Shown here piece after piece: positions 21,041 to 31,784 of a stretch of 33,041 nt of DNA. The number at the start of each line of letters is the position of its first letter. Position 1 is the first letter of the stretch. Source of the DNA: Octopus bimaculoides. Lineage: Eukaryota. The stretch is from contig NC_068994.1 in the NCBI RefSeq assembly GCF_001194135.2, positions 15,890,068 through 15,923,108 on the forward strand. The letters run 5' to 3'. The notes beneath the pieces are model-generated. The model saw only the letters and a program-made list of their open reading frames with translations. It was not told where the DNA came from and did no database searches. Both the position numbers and the translations under genes were made by a program.

Positions 21041-21467
21041 ATGAAGAACGCAGCTGGCTCTACGATGAACTACACCTAGGGAATCCTCGATCGCTGGAAG
21101 TCCCATTTCGAGTGCCGACTTAACGACCTATCACGCACTACTGACGATCTACTCCAAAACACCCCATAACACTCCATCCGCCATTGGATGTCCCAGCCGC
21201 CCTGGCGGACTCTTCAATCTCTCACGTCTGCGTTCAAAGACGAGGACCTCTGCCATATCAGTCCGTGAGATGCAGTATGCCGCCGACAATGCCATTCCGA
21301 GCCGGACCGTAGATGGCCTACAAAGGACGGCCGATCTTTTACAACGCAGCTTACGAACGTTTCGGGATGCAGGTAAACACATTAAAGACGAAGACACTGA
21401 TCCGTCCTGCACCAGGCCAGAACAGCCCACCCACAAATATTAGCATCAACAGCCAACCCCTAGAAGA
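21041..21467 (+). mobile_element. RTE-BovB-type LINE ORF2 fragment with internal deletion; continues into N-gap 21468-22414
   Basis: KNAAGSTMNYT*GILDRWKSHFECRLN...QNTP*HSIRHWMSQPP (pre-RT linker) is joined to GGLFNLSRLRSKTRTSAISVREMQYAADNAI (YADD-equivalent at 21276-21287), then YNAAYERFGMQVNTLKTKTLIRPAPGQNSPPTNISINSQPLE. LFNL.RL..KT and F.FG...KT..L..PAP are RTE-BovB signatures. Confidence 0.9.
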
Positions 21468-22496
21468 NNNNNNNNNNNNNNNNNNNNNNNNNNNNNNNNN
21501 NNNNNNNNNNNNNNNNNNNNNNNNNNNNNNNNNNNNNNNNNNNNNNNNNNNNNNNNNNNNNNNNNNNNNNNNNNNNNNNNNNNNNNNNNNNNNNNNNNNN
21601 NNNNNNNNNNNNNNNNNNNNNNNNNNNNNNNNNNNNNNNNNNNNNNNNNNNNNNNNNNNNNNNNNNNNNNNNNNNNNNNNNNNNNNNNNNNNNNNNNNNN
21701 NNNNNNNNNNNNNNNNNNNNNNNNNNNNNNNNNNNNNNNNNNNNNNNNNNNNNNNNNNNNNNNNNNNNNNNNNNNNNNNNNNNNNNNNNNNNNNNNNNNN
21801 NNNNNNNNNNNNNNNNNNNNNNNNNNNNNNNNNNNNNNNNNNNNNNNNNNNNNNNNNNNNNNNNNNNNNNNNNNNNNNNNNNNNNNNNNNNNNNNNNNNN
21901 NNNNNNNNNNNNNNNNNNNNNNNNNNNNNNNNNNNNNNNNNNNNNNNNNNNNNNNNNNNNNNNNNNNNNNNNNNNNNNNNNNNNNNNNNNNNNNNNNNNN
22001 NNNNNNNNNNNNNNNNNNNNNNNNNNNNNNNNNNNNNNNNNNNNNNNNNNNNNNNNNNNNNNNNNNNNNNNNNNNNNNNNNNNNNNNNNNNNNNNNNNNN
22101 NNNNNNNNNNNNNNNNNNNNNNNNNNNNNNNNNNNNNNNNNNNNNNNNNNNNNNNNNNNNNNNNNNNNNNNNNNNNNNNNNNNNNNNNNNNNNNNNNNNN
22201 NNNNNNNNNNNNNNNNNNNNNNNNNNNNNNNNNNNNNNNNNNNNNNNNNNNNNNNNNNNNNNNNNNNNNNNNNNNNNNNNNNNNNNNNNNNNNNNNNNNN
22301 NNNNNNNNNNNNNNNNNNNNNNNNNNNNNNNNNNNNNNNNNNNNNNNNNNNNNNNNNNNNNNNNNNNNNNNNNNNNNNNNNNNNNNNNNNNNNNNNNNNN
22401 NNNNNNNNNNNNNNGCGAAAGAAAGAAACATAAATGACATTGATTTCTATTAATTTTAAAGTTAAATTAAACAAAATTTGTGGGATTGTATAACAA

Positions 22497-22570
22497 CACG
22501 CTCGCGCGCACACACACACACACACACACTCAGGAACAAGCATGCACACACACATACACACAGAAACAGC

Positions 22571-22605
<35 letters not shown>

Positions 22606-22610
22606 GCGCG
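22497..22610. repeat. (CA)n microsatellite
   Basis: Read directly. Confidence 0.9.
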
Positions 22611-22690
22611 TACACCAATTAGCTGCCAGACCATTAGGAGAAATACGGTACATGTATAAAATATTAAATCGTTGCCTTAAAAAGTACGAA

Positions 22691-23456
22691 ACTAGAATTG
22701 AAAAATGCGCACGTTCAAAACGGTTAGAGAATGTCATAAACCTTAAAAAGTATGGTATTAGCATTGTTGCCCAAAAATATTGGAAGCACTATATGTTGTA
22801 CATTCTGTGGCATCCTTTTATCACAAGAAATTTGTGTAGTTTATCGAAATTAAGTTATATTAAAAATTACGTTAAATTATCGTATACGCAATTTTAACAA
22901 AACAATTGTGTACAAATACTAATGTTATCTTTATGCAATAATTCAATCTATGAATGATAATTTTTATAAACTTACAAGTAATCAATCAAAAATAATTCCA
23001 TAATAATTTGTTTAATTCGCATAACTATTCCATTAATATGTGTATCATAATGCGAATTATCTTTGCTTATTATTATTTCGGTTTCGTACTTTCACTGTTA
23101 TATAGATTCGACTTCATCATAATTCCAGTTTTTAAAAAAAATTATCATGGTAATTTGCATGCAGTGTGAAATATGTTTTTTTATATACTTTGGTATGAAG
23201 AGTATTATAACGAATTTACTTATTCGAAGTTAAAGATCATATTTTGTACATTTTCAGGTTTTTATATTAAGAACTCGGTTTAATAATTATCGTGATCGTA
23301 ATTCACACGTGAGTCCCTTTCCGTTTTAAGATGCCACAGAATGTATAACATATAGTGAATCCAATATTTTTGAGCAACAATGCTAGACCCATACTTTTTA
23401 AGGTTTATTATGACATTCTGTAACCCTTTCGAGCGTACGCATTTTTCAATTATAGT
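22691..23456. mobile_element. Long-inverted-repeat (foldback/MITE-like) element: ~125-bp arms around ~515 bp of AT-rich interior
   Basis: Left arm 22691-22814 (ACTAGAATTGAAAAATGCGCACG...AATGTCATAAACCTTAAAAAGTATGG..TAGCATTGTTGCCCAAAAATATTGGA...CTATATGTTGTACATTCTGTGGCATC) is the reverse complement of 23330-23456 at roughly 85% identity by eye. Confidence 0.8.
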
Positions 23457-24134
23457 ATTTATATANNNNNNNNNNNNNNNNNNNNNNNNNNNNNNNNNNN
23501 NNNNNNNNNNNNNNNNNNNNNNNNNNNNNNNNNNNNNNNNNNNNNNNNNNNNNNNNNNNNNNNNNNNNNNNNNNNNNNNNNNNNNNNNNNNNNNNNNNNN
23601 NNNNNNNNNNNNNNNNNNNNNNNNNNNNNNNNNNNNNNNNNNNNNNNNNNNNNNNNNNNNNNNNNNNNNNNNNNNNNNNNNNNNNNNNNNNNNNNNNNNN
23701 NNNNNNNNNNNNNNNNNNNNNNNNNNNNNNNNNNNNNNNNNNNNNNNNNNNNNNNNNNNNNNNNNNNNNNNNNNNNNNNNNNNNNNNNNNNNNNNNNNNN
23801 NNNNNNNNNNNNNNNNNNNNNNNNNNNNNNNNNNNNNNNNNNNNNNNNNNNNNNNNNNNNNNNNNNNNNNNNNNNNNNNNNNNNNNNNNNNNNNNNNNNN
23901 NNNNNNNNNNNNNNNNNNNNNNNNNNNNNNNNNNNNNNNNNNNNNNNNNNNNNNNNNNNNNNNNNNNNNNNNNNNNNNNNNNNNNNNNNNNNNNNNNNNN
24001 NNNNNNNNNNNNNNNNNNNNNNNNNNNNNNNNNNNNNNNNNNNNNNNNNNNNNNNNNNNNNNNNNNNNNNNNNNNNNNNNNNNNNNNNNNNNNNNNNNNN
24101 ATATATATATATATATATATATATAAAAGTATTA

Positions 24135-24420
24135 GAAATTCCAAGGCAATAATTGGCTATTCACTGCGATAAGATCACCAACACTTGTTGATAGAAATGC
24201 CCTACGTACCATGATACCTCCTCCAGTATTTATTGAAATATTCTTAAGGTGGAATCCTTTCACCAGCTCTGCGAAAGTAACATTCTTGGGTATTACTACA
24301 AACCTCAGATATAGATTCATCACTGCAGGGAACTTGTTGAAACCAGTCTAAATGACAGTTACCATCATTGGAAAAAAATAATGCAATCTGTCCTTAATGT
24401 TTTTCTTGGTTTACATATTT
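24135..24420 (-). mobile_element. Tc1-family transposase pseudogene fragment
   Basis: DWFQQVPCSDESISEVCSNTQECYFRRAGER (SDES at 24313-24324, first catalytic D), then after a frameshift KNISINTGGGIMVRRAFLSTSVGDL. Matches Tc1 W..V.FSDES....RR.GER...GGG.IMVW..F...GVG.L. Confidence 0.75.
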
Positions 24421-24769
24421 TGGCAGCTGAAATTTGCCATCCGCCTGATGGCAAATATATATATATAAGTATATATATATATATGTATGTGTGTGTGTAT
24501 GTACGTATATATATGTATATTGTATGTATATATACATATATGCTTATANNNNNNNNNNNNNNNNNNNNNNNNNNNNNNNNNNNNNNNNNNNNNNNNNNNN
24601 NNNNNNNNNNNNNNNNNNNNNNNNNNNNNNNNNNNNNNNNNNNNNNNNNNNNNNNNNNNNNNNNNNNNNNNNNNNNNNNNNNNNNNTAGTGAGTAATTTG
24701 TGGTTTTAGAGCGATGGCTCTCATTATACCAAGTGGTATTTTAATATCCTACTGAATTTTGAATATTGC

Positions 24770-24770
24770 A

Positions 24771-24839
<69 letters not shown>

Positions 24840-24870
24840 GTGTATGTATGTATGTATGTATGTATGTATT
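24770..24870. repeat. Compound (TATC)n(TA)n(TATG)n microsatellite
   Basis: Read directly. Confidence 0.95.
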
Positions 24871-24874
24871 ACTC

Positions 24875-25098
24875 TGTGTGTGTGTATGCTTGTATTATTG
24901 TCCCCTCCCACCGCTTGACAACCGATGTTGGCTTGTTTATGTTCCCATAACTTAGCGGTTTTGCAGAAGAGAACCGATAGAATGAGCACCAGACTGAAAA
25001 TAGTAAATACTAAGGATAGTATCATTCAACTACGACTCTTCAACGTGGTGCTCCAGCATGGTCGCAGTCCAATGGTTGAAGCAAATAAAAGATAGAAG
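24875..25098 (+). mobile_element. CORE-like SINE (family B), 3' half
   Basis: CCACCGCTTGACAACCGATGTTGG...TAACTTAGCGG...GATAGAATGAG...GGTGCTCCAGCATGGTCGCAGTC...AAATAAAAGA. Confidence 0.85.
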
Positions 25099-26157
25099 TT
25101 ATACATCCCATATTCACAATAATCTGTTTTCTCTTTTATTTTATTTTTGCCTATGAATATAAGAAATATGCATAGATATTCGTCTCCAGACCGTTTTTCA
25201 TTTTATTAGCAGGACTTAATCAATTCTGGCCTTATCGTTTATATTGGATTTGGTTTATTAATTTCTGGTGATGCAGCATTTTGCGCTTTTTATCTTATTT
25301 TTGTTATCTTTATCCATCAAATTCAAATTATAACATTTCCATTTTAATAGTGTTTCGAACAGCACCATTTCTGTTTGTGTTGTTTGTCTAGCTTTATTTT
25401 GAGCTAAATTTATTTAGAGTTAATTCGATTAGTGACCGTTTATAATGCTTACATTTGGTGGCCAGTCAGCGATTGGTGTGAACGTTAGCAATATAAAAAA
25501 AACAAGAGAAAGAGTAGCATAATTCTGACACTAGGCTAATGCATTTCTTTTATAGATACACGCATTAACATTTTCAACAGTTTTTGTTGTTGCTTTTTTT
25601 TTTCTGTTTTCCTGCCTTATTTTACCTCATTACTCTTAATGGAAATTTTGGTTAGAGCTGTGAAGCTAATCATTATTATTGTAATGAAAAGAGCATCGTC
25701 ACCTTCATCATCATTTATCATATTTTCCAAGTCTTATATTTATTGTACGCTTTTACTACAAGGAGCGCAGTTCTATGTGGTTCCGTGCGTGTAATGTCTT
25801 ATTTTAGTTTTCTATTTTCTTTTATACTAGAAATACTCTGCATAGCATTCGTGTCATCCCAAGCAGATCTATTTTCTGTATAATATACGTAAGGGCTATG
25901 GTTTTGGATATCCGGAAACAGAAACGATCCAAGTCTAGGCGGCAATTTTAATGAATAGTTCCCAAGTTAGGAGTCTAATCCGGTTTGGACTGTTTTGAGA
26001 TCTATCAATTTACCAAAGGCTCTGCTAATTTTACGTTTCTTTCTGTGAGAAAAAGCATTCCACTCGATTCACCGAAGGACCCGCTCGGTATTTAGCTCAT
26101 GTCTAGAACACGTAAAAGTTGGTAGCAAATGGAATGAAGTGAAGCACGATCTTGGGT

Positions 26158-26539
26158 GTTGTTGGCACTCCGTCGCTTACGACGTCGAGGGTCCCAGTTG
26201 ATCCGATCAACGGAATAGCCTGCTCGTGAAATTAACGTGAAAGTGGCTGAGCACTCCACAGACACGTGTGCCCTTAACGTAGTTCTCGGGGATATTCAGC
26301 GTGACACAGTGTGACAAGGCTGACCCTTTGAATTACAGGCACAACAGAAACAGGAAGAAAGAGTGAGAGAAAGTTGTGGTGAAAGAGTACAGCAGGGTTC
26401 GCCACCATCCCCTGCCAGAGCCTCGTGGAGCTTTAGGTGTTTTCGCCCAATAAACACTCACAACGCCCGGTCTGGGAATCGAAACCGCGATCCTATGACC
26501 GCTAGTCCGCTGCCCTAACCACTGGGCCATTGCGCCTCC
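26158..26539 (-). mobile_element. Full-length SINE family A with 12-13 bp TSD
   Basis: GTTGTTGGCACTCC...CCATTGCGCCTCC, flanked by ACGATCTTGGGT(G) at 26146-26158 and 26542-26554. Confidence 0.97.
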
Positions 26540-27169
26540 TAACGATCTTGGGTGACTTCACACCAATAGCTCTTGGTGTCGCATTGCCTTTTGTGATACT
26601 CCGGCTCCTTCACAGACCATCTCTAATTATTAACCTTCTCCCACTGCGTTCGCCTCATACCTCACTCATATCACATCTTTATGGATTTCCTACACAGTTT
26701 TACTTTACCCTTCTATAAATTAAGAATTCTGTGCGTGGTTTTGGTTGTCCTTTGCCTCCTACTCCCTTTATTTTCGTTTCTTCTCACCCCACCTCCTTTT
26801 ATCTTTTGCTTAGTAATTTCAGCTCCTCCGTCACCACTTCGTTCACCTCACTGACCCTCTTGAACTACTATTTTCTTCAATCATTCTTTTCACTTCTTAC
26901 CATCTCACATCACTCCTTCATCAAATATTTGCCTTCAACCAAATTAACAACACCACAATCTCTCTCTTTCTCAATATAAGATGAAGAACAAATGTCCGAA
27001 ACAAAAATTGAAGTGACCAAACACTTCAATTACGGCTTGAGATCTACCATAGACACATATATCAAACTTCACCACCAAATACACTGCTAACAAGCTTGCA
27101 AATACGTTGAGGACTTATCGTTGTATCAGAAATATGTTTTATGCTTTTCTTGTTTCAGTCATTATACAA

Positions 27170-27465
27170 CGGTCATGCTGAGAGACATTGCCATGTAGGG
27201 GTGAGGCGATCAATTCATTCCCAGTACTCATTTTATCGGTTACTTTTTGCCGAACGGCTAAGTTATGGAGTGGGGAATAGACAAACCAACACCGGTTGTC
27301 AAGTTGTGAGAAACACACACATATATAACAGGCTTCCACGCAGTTTTCTTCTATCACAAGACCCGGAGCTACAGTAAAGGATATTTGCTCAATGAAGGTG
27401 TCTCGCAGTGGGACTGAACTCCAAACCATGTGATTCAGAAGCGAATTTGTTAACCATACAACCAT
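27170..27465 (-). mobile_element. Diverged CORE-like SINE (family B)
   Basis: CAGTACTCATTTTATCGG...GCCGAACGGCTAAGTTA...ACACCGGTTGTCAAG-(CA)n-GGCTTCCACGCAG...GTGGGACTGAACTCCAAACCATGTG is the reverse complement of the family B layout. Confidence 0.8.
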
Positions 27466-27634
27466 GTTAACACATATTTAAAATATCTTGCAATTTTATA
27501 TTTTTAAAATACGTATTTTATATTTTTGTATCATGCAATCATTATTTTAAACTATGATTTTTGAATTAAAACTTAAATCGTGTAGCAATAAGTTGGCGAA
27601 CATAGATCGATAAAAATCATCAGTACGCGAGCGT

Positions 27635-27735
27635 GCACACACACACACTCACACACTAGCACACACACAAACACACACAAACACAAACACACACACACAC
27701 ACAAACACACAAACACGCACACATACACACATATA
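27635..27735. repeat. Degenerate (CA)n microsatellite
   Basis: Read directly. Confidence 0.9.
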
Positions 27736-27810
27736 CTGGGATGGATTTTAAGATGGCTATGTCCTACAATAACGCACTTCTATATTTGTGCCACTTTTTC
27801 TAATTTTCAA

Positions 27811-28790
27811 CCAGCAAACGCACCCGTCCTTCGGACGGTGTAATTTATTATAATGGCGCACTCTTTTGGACGGTTTAAATTGAATTAGCACGCAGTTAGA
27901 AGTCGTTTCAAGTTGAAAAACATAAAATGTATAATTACCGATTTCGTTAGCAGTTTATTATATGGTATTAAGCAATCTAGGTAACGAATAAAGTTTTTGA
28001 ACACAAATTTGGCAGTTAGTAATAAATGAAAGTCCATGAAATGAGATCGCAATTTCAGTAGGCATTAAGGAACCTATATCTTACCTGGAGCGTTTTGTAG
28101 CATGTAGTTAATTTATTCGTAATGCGTGACACAACCGCATTGAAGCTTTTTTCAATGAAAAGTCATGTATGATAAACAAAAGCAAACAATTATAGCAAAC
28201 ACACAAATAGAATAATTGCATGTATAAAAATAAATATCAGAGCACGGTTATGAGCGAACAGCATGTGTGAGGTAAGAAGGGTCATTGAAGGTAGTGTACT
28301 GTTAACAGCAATCACGGAAATGAAGCAAAATATTAATGAAATGCTTGCAGGAAGTTTGATTGCTAACGGCTACAGTTTGGCGTAGATGTGAAGAATGCAG
28401 CAGAGGAATAACTACTGTAGGGCTGCTTTGTAGACGACATTTTTGCATTTTCCTTCGCGAGCATAGCTGAATAAGTTTTCTGGATGGCCTACTCTGAAAC
28501 AACCGACGTAGAAGTGTCCGTGAGAAAAGCACGATGTTCGAAGGTCCAATCTGACGGCTTTCAGCGATTGACCTTTGTTAATTGTCATGGCGAAGCTGAG
28601 TTTGTGAGGGAACTGAAGTTTCCGCATATGGTAGGAGCAGTCTGTTGGGGGCTAGTGAAATTTTCAAAATAAAAACGTTACCGTTTTTGCTGTGTCCCGT
28701 GAGCTCAACTATCAAACTAATTTATGAGGGCATAACAAGTGATAATGCTTCTTGATCATGTTCTTGTTTCAACCATGGCTGCCTTTGCGT
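27811..28790 (-). mobile_element. Helitron 3' portion: PIF1-like helicase C-terminus, 3' UTR, terminal hairpin and CTRR end
   Basis: ORF 28627->28412 reads RKLQFPHKLSFAMTINKGQSLKAVRLDLRTSCFSHGHFYVGCFRVGHPENLFSYAREGKCKNVVYKAAL, the Helitron helicase R.QFP..L.FAMTINKSQGQSL..VGLDL..PCFSHGQLYV..SRV...NVVY motif. Upstream lies ELTGHSKNGNVFI. On the minus strand the end is CCGTCC-GAA-GGACGG (27838-27824), 9 nt, CTGG (27814-27811), then T. Confidence 0.9.
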
Positions 28791-28939
28791 AGTTATTTGT
28801 GTTGTTGTTTACTTTGTAAAACAGTAAGGGGAAAGGATTGCTAGTACATCACCATCTACCCACATTTTTCCCATCCACATCTTTACCATATGGGGCCCTA
28901 ACAAAATCCGATAATAGGTATAAATCCAAATCTATCCAA

Positions 28940-29300
28940 TTACTTGTCTCCTTCTAAAATCAAGCATAACTTGGCAATCGGTCGATTTACAACACCATTC
29001 TTCGTCTTGAGTTTACTTGGTAGAGTGTGTTTGTTAACTTGACGAGGTCAGGGTGAGCTCTGACTGGCTATATGTAAATAAGTTCATTACTGGGGTCCGG
29101 AACACTCGTGGGAAAAAAATTCGCGAGCAGCGCTCTCCTCTCTTGTTAGAAGTAAAGATAAGTGGATCACTGGAGTCAATTATTCCTTCACCCTCCAATA
29201 AACTCTATTAACCTCTAAATTTCTTTGTTATGATCAAATATACACTATTCTGGTAAATCCATTCTGTCAACGGAAATAGTAGCAGAATCACTGCGAATGT
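28940..29300 (-). mobile_element. BEL/Pao LTR-retrotransposon integrase C-terminal remnant
   Basis: KLKTKNGVVNRPIAKLCLILEGDK* (29016->28940) matches the Pao C-terminal VK.KT..G...RPI.KLC.LLE motif. SLLEGEGIIDSSDPL (29204->29160) resembles T.L.EVE.IINSRPL. Confidence 0.55.
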
Positions 29301-29489
29301 TTCTGCTCCGTGGATATTAATTTATGTTAATTCATTTCGAATGTTCTTTATTTTGAAGTTCAGGAATTCATCTGATGAAAAACGGCTTCTTTACAATGAT
29401 GTAATGTTTTCATTAATCAATTAAAGGATTCGCTAGAAACGGCCGTAATGGATTGGCATCTGAACCTCTACTGTTATTTAGTTATATTT

Positions 29490-29513
29490 TATCTCTCTTT
29501 CTTTCTCTCTCTC

Positions 29514-29558
<45 letters not shown>

Positions 29559-29592
29559 ATCTCTCTCTCCACACACACATATGTATATATAT
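29490..29592. repeat. (CT)n microsatellite
   Basis: Read directly. Confidence 0.95.
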
Positions 29593-30169
29593 ATCGGATA
29601 TCGAATTCCACCATGTTGCCAAGATAACACTATGCTGCACCAGTATGAACCAGCGTTGGTGTCATATTGTATCGTTTGCTACGAGTTATGACTACTGTAA
29701 ATATCTCAACTTCAGATATGAAGGAAAACCGAATTATCTTGTAGAAATACAGTTGAAATCAGACAACACACGCTTTAGGCGGTGTTAATTTCCCACCAGT
29801 CTCATAAATTTCTTCAGTAAATATCTTTTCTTCGTTTGCTATTTGAATTTTTGCGGTAAATATTATTACCAATAATAAAATAGGAACAAATCGAAAAATG
29901 CCAACTAGAAATTAATCAAATATAATAAAGCATAATATATTAAAAAGAAATGCATCATGGTTACAGAATACCTGGAAATGATATCAAAAACCTGATAGAA
30001 GATAGGTTTGATTGAGAAGTATGAAAAGACGTGAAGGTAACGCGGTTTAACGCATTTGCCCGGAGACTACGTAATTAATTGTCCGACAGAAAATCTCATT
30101 GTATATCACAGTTTGTGGACAATGACTTCATATTTGGTTTAGGTTTTTAGCGGGCCGTTCATTAGCTCT

Positions 30170-30396
30170 TCTAGCTTTTGCTTCTTTCAGCTGTCATTCG
30201 ATTGCAGCCATGCTGGGGCAACACCTTGAAGAGTTTTGGTCGAACGAAACGGCCCTTTTACTTATGCTTTGTTTCGTTTGTTTTTTAAGTCTGATGCTTA
30301 TTCTATCATCTCTTATTCCGAACCGCTAGTGTTATGGGGATGTTAACAAACCAATACCGGTTGTCAAGCGACTGGGGAAGGACAAAGACAAAATCA

Positions 30397-30429
<33 letters not shown>

Positions 30430-30640
30430 ACGTACGTATGTGTGAGTGTTTGTATATACATATATATACATATATATATATTTATAAATATATATATGTA
30501 TTCATATGACAAGGCTTCTTTCAAGACAGGCTTCTTTCAGTTTTCGTCTACTGAATCTACTCACAAGGCTTTGGTCGATTCGAGCTATACGCATTGGGAC
30601 TGAACCCAGAACCATGTGATTGCGAAGCACGCGGCTGCCT
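30170..30640 (-). mobile_element. CORE-like SINE (family B) with expanded internal (CA)n/(TA)n
   Basis: GCAGCCATGCTGGGGCAACACC...CCGAACCGCTAGTGTTATGGGG...ACCGGTTGTCAAGCG-(CA)n(TA)n-GGCTTCTTTCAGTTTTCGTCTAC...CACAAGGCTTTGGTCG...GGGACTGAACCCAGAACCATGTG. Confidence 0.85.
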
Positions 30641-30914
30641 TTTCTATTTTTTTTTTTCTGGCGGCAAGAATGATAAAGAAACGTATGGGATACGGTGGAT
30701 TTCATTCGAAGAGCACCGTTTCGTTTTCCTTTTGGTTTGGCTAAAGTTTCTAGCAGATCGAGACATGATGTACAGCTTCCTTCGCTGAGTCACGTGGTTA
30801 TTCCTTCGCTGACTCTTTAAAGTGCTCGGTATGGCCGACTAGTTGGCGTCGACAGAGGCGTGGTATATTTAAAACGGTGTACATTAGCGGAATGTACCCA
30901 GTCTTTCACCAACA

Positions 30915-31000
30915 CCAGCACCACCACTACCACTGTTACCGCCGCTGCCACCACCACTGCCACCACTACCACCACCATCATCATCATCATCATCATCATT
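30915..31000. repeat. Compound (ACC)n-(ATC)n triplet repeat
   Basis: Read directly. Confidence 0.9.
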
Positions 31001-31089
31001 ATAGTGCTCTATCTTTGCTTCATATTTGTATTCAGTTTACAGTTTTGATACCAAACAAATTACTCCCTTCTCTCCTTCTAGCCTTTTCT

Positions 31090-31137
31090 CCCTCTTTCCC
31101 TCTCTCTCTCTCTCTACTTCTAACTCTATCACTCTCG

Positions 31138-31174
<37 letters not shown>

Positions 31175-31251
31175 ACTCTCTCTCTCACACACACACTTTC
31201 CCGACATCTTTGTTCTCAATATCTCTGTAGCTCCTCTCTCTGTCTTTCCTA

Positions 31252-31316
<65 letters not shown>
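31090..31316. repeat. (CT)n and (TG)n microsatellites
   Basis: (CT)n at about 31090-31190; pure (TG)n at 31257-31316. Confidence 0.95.
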
Positions 31317-31317
<1 letters not shown>

Positions 31318-31784
31318 CCTTTCCTATATCTATGAATATCTTAGAATCCAATATTTTCTTTCATTTCCATTTGGATATTTTTATTGTTTTACTGTTCTTC
31401 TTTCCACATATCTTTTATCATCTGCTCTTGTATCAATCATATTCTGTAAAACCTTATCCCATATAATCATATATGAATTAATGAAGCGCCTTCAGAAATA
31501 CAGATATGCAAATTAAGCTCCCACTACATTTGTAGCCTAATCTATGACTACTTCATATAAAGCTAAATATGTTTTCACTATTGCTTGAGAAAGGAAGCCG
31601 AGCACCTCTAGTTGGAAGAGCCGTCAACGACCTGCGAGAAGGTGTCCTAGGTCTACACATTAAATATGTATAAGGAATGCATTTACATTCGTATATTTCT
31701 TACAAGCAGGCTGACTGTGAAATATATACATAGATTGTATCTAAAATTTTTGTCGAAATAAATAAATTACATTCAATATTCGCT

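Noticed and set aside
27006-27031. Perfect 10-bp hairpin AATTGAAGTG-ACCAAA-CACTTCAATT
   Set aside because: AT-rich arms; about one such match is plausible by chance in a window this size, and no associated feature supports it.
26560-27100. Pyrimidine-rich stretch that might be a Penelope or LINE remnant
   Set aside because: No diagnostic motif recovered in the frames I translated by hand.
30509-30540. Short duplication ACAAGGCTTCTTTCAAG/ACAGGCTTCTTTCAG
   Set aside because: Ordinary slippage inside a decayed SINE next to its microsatellite.
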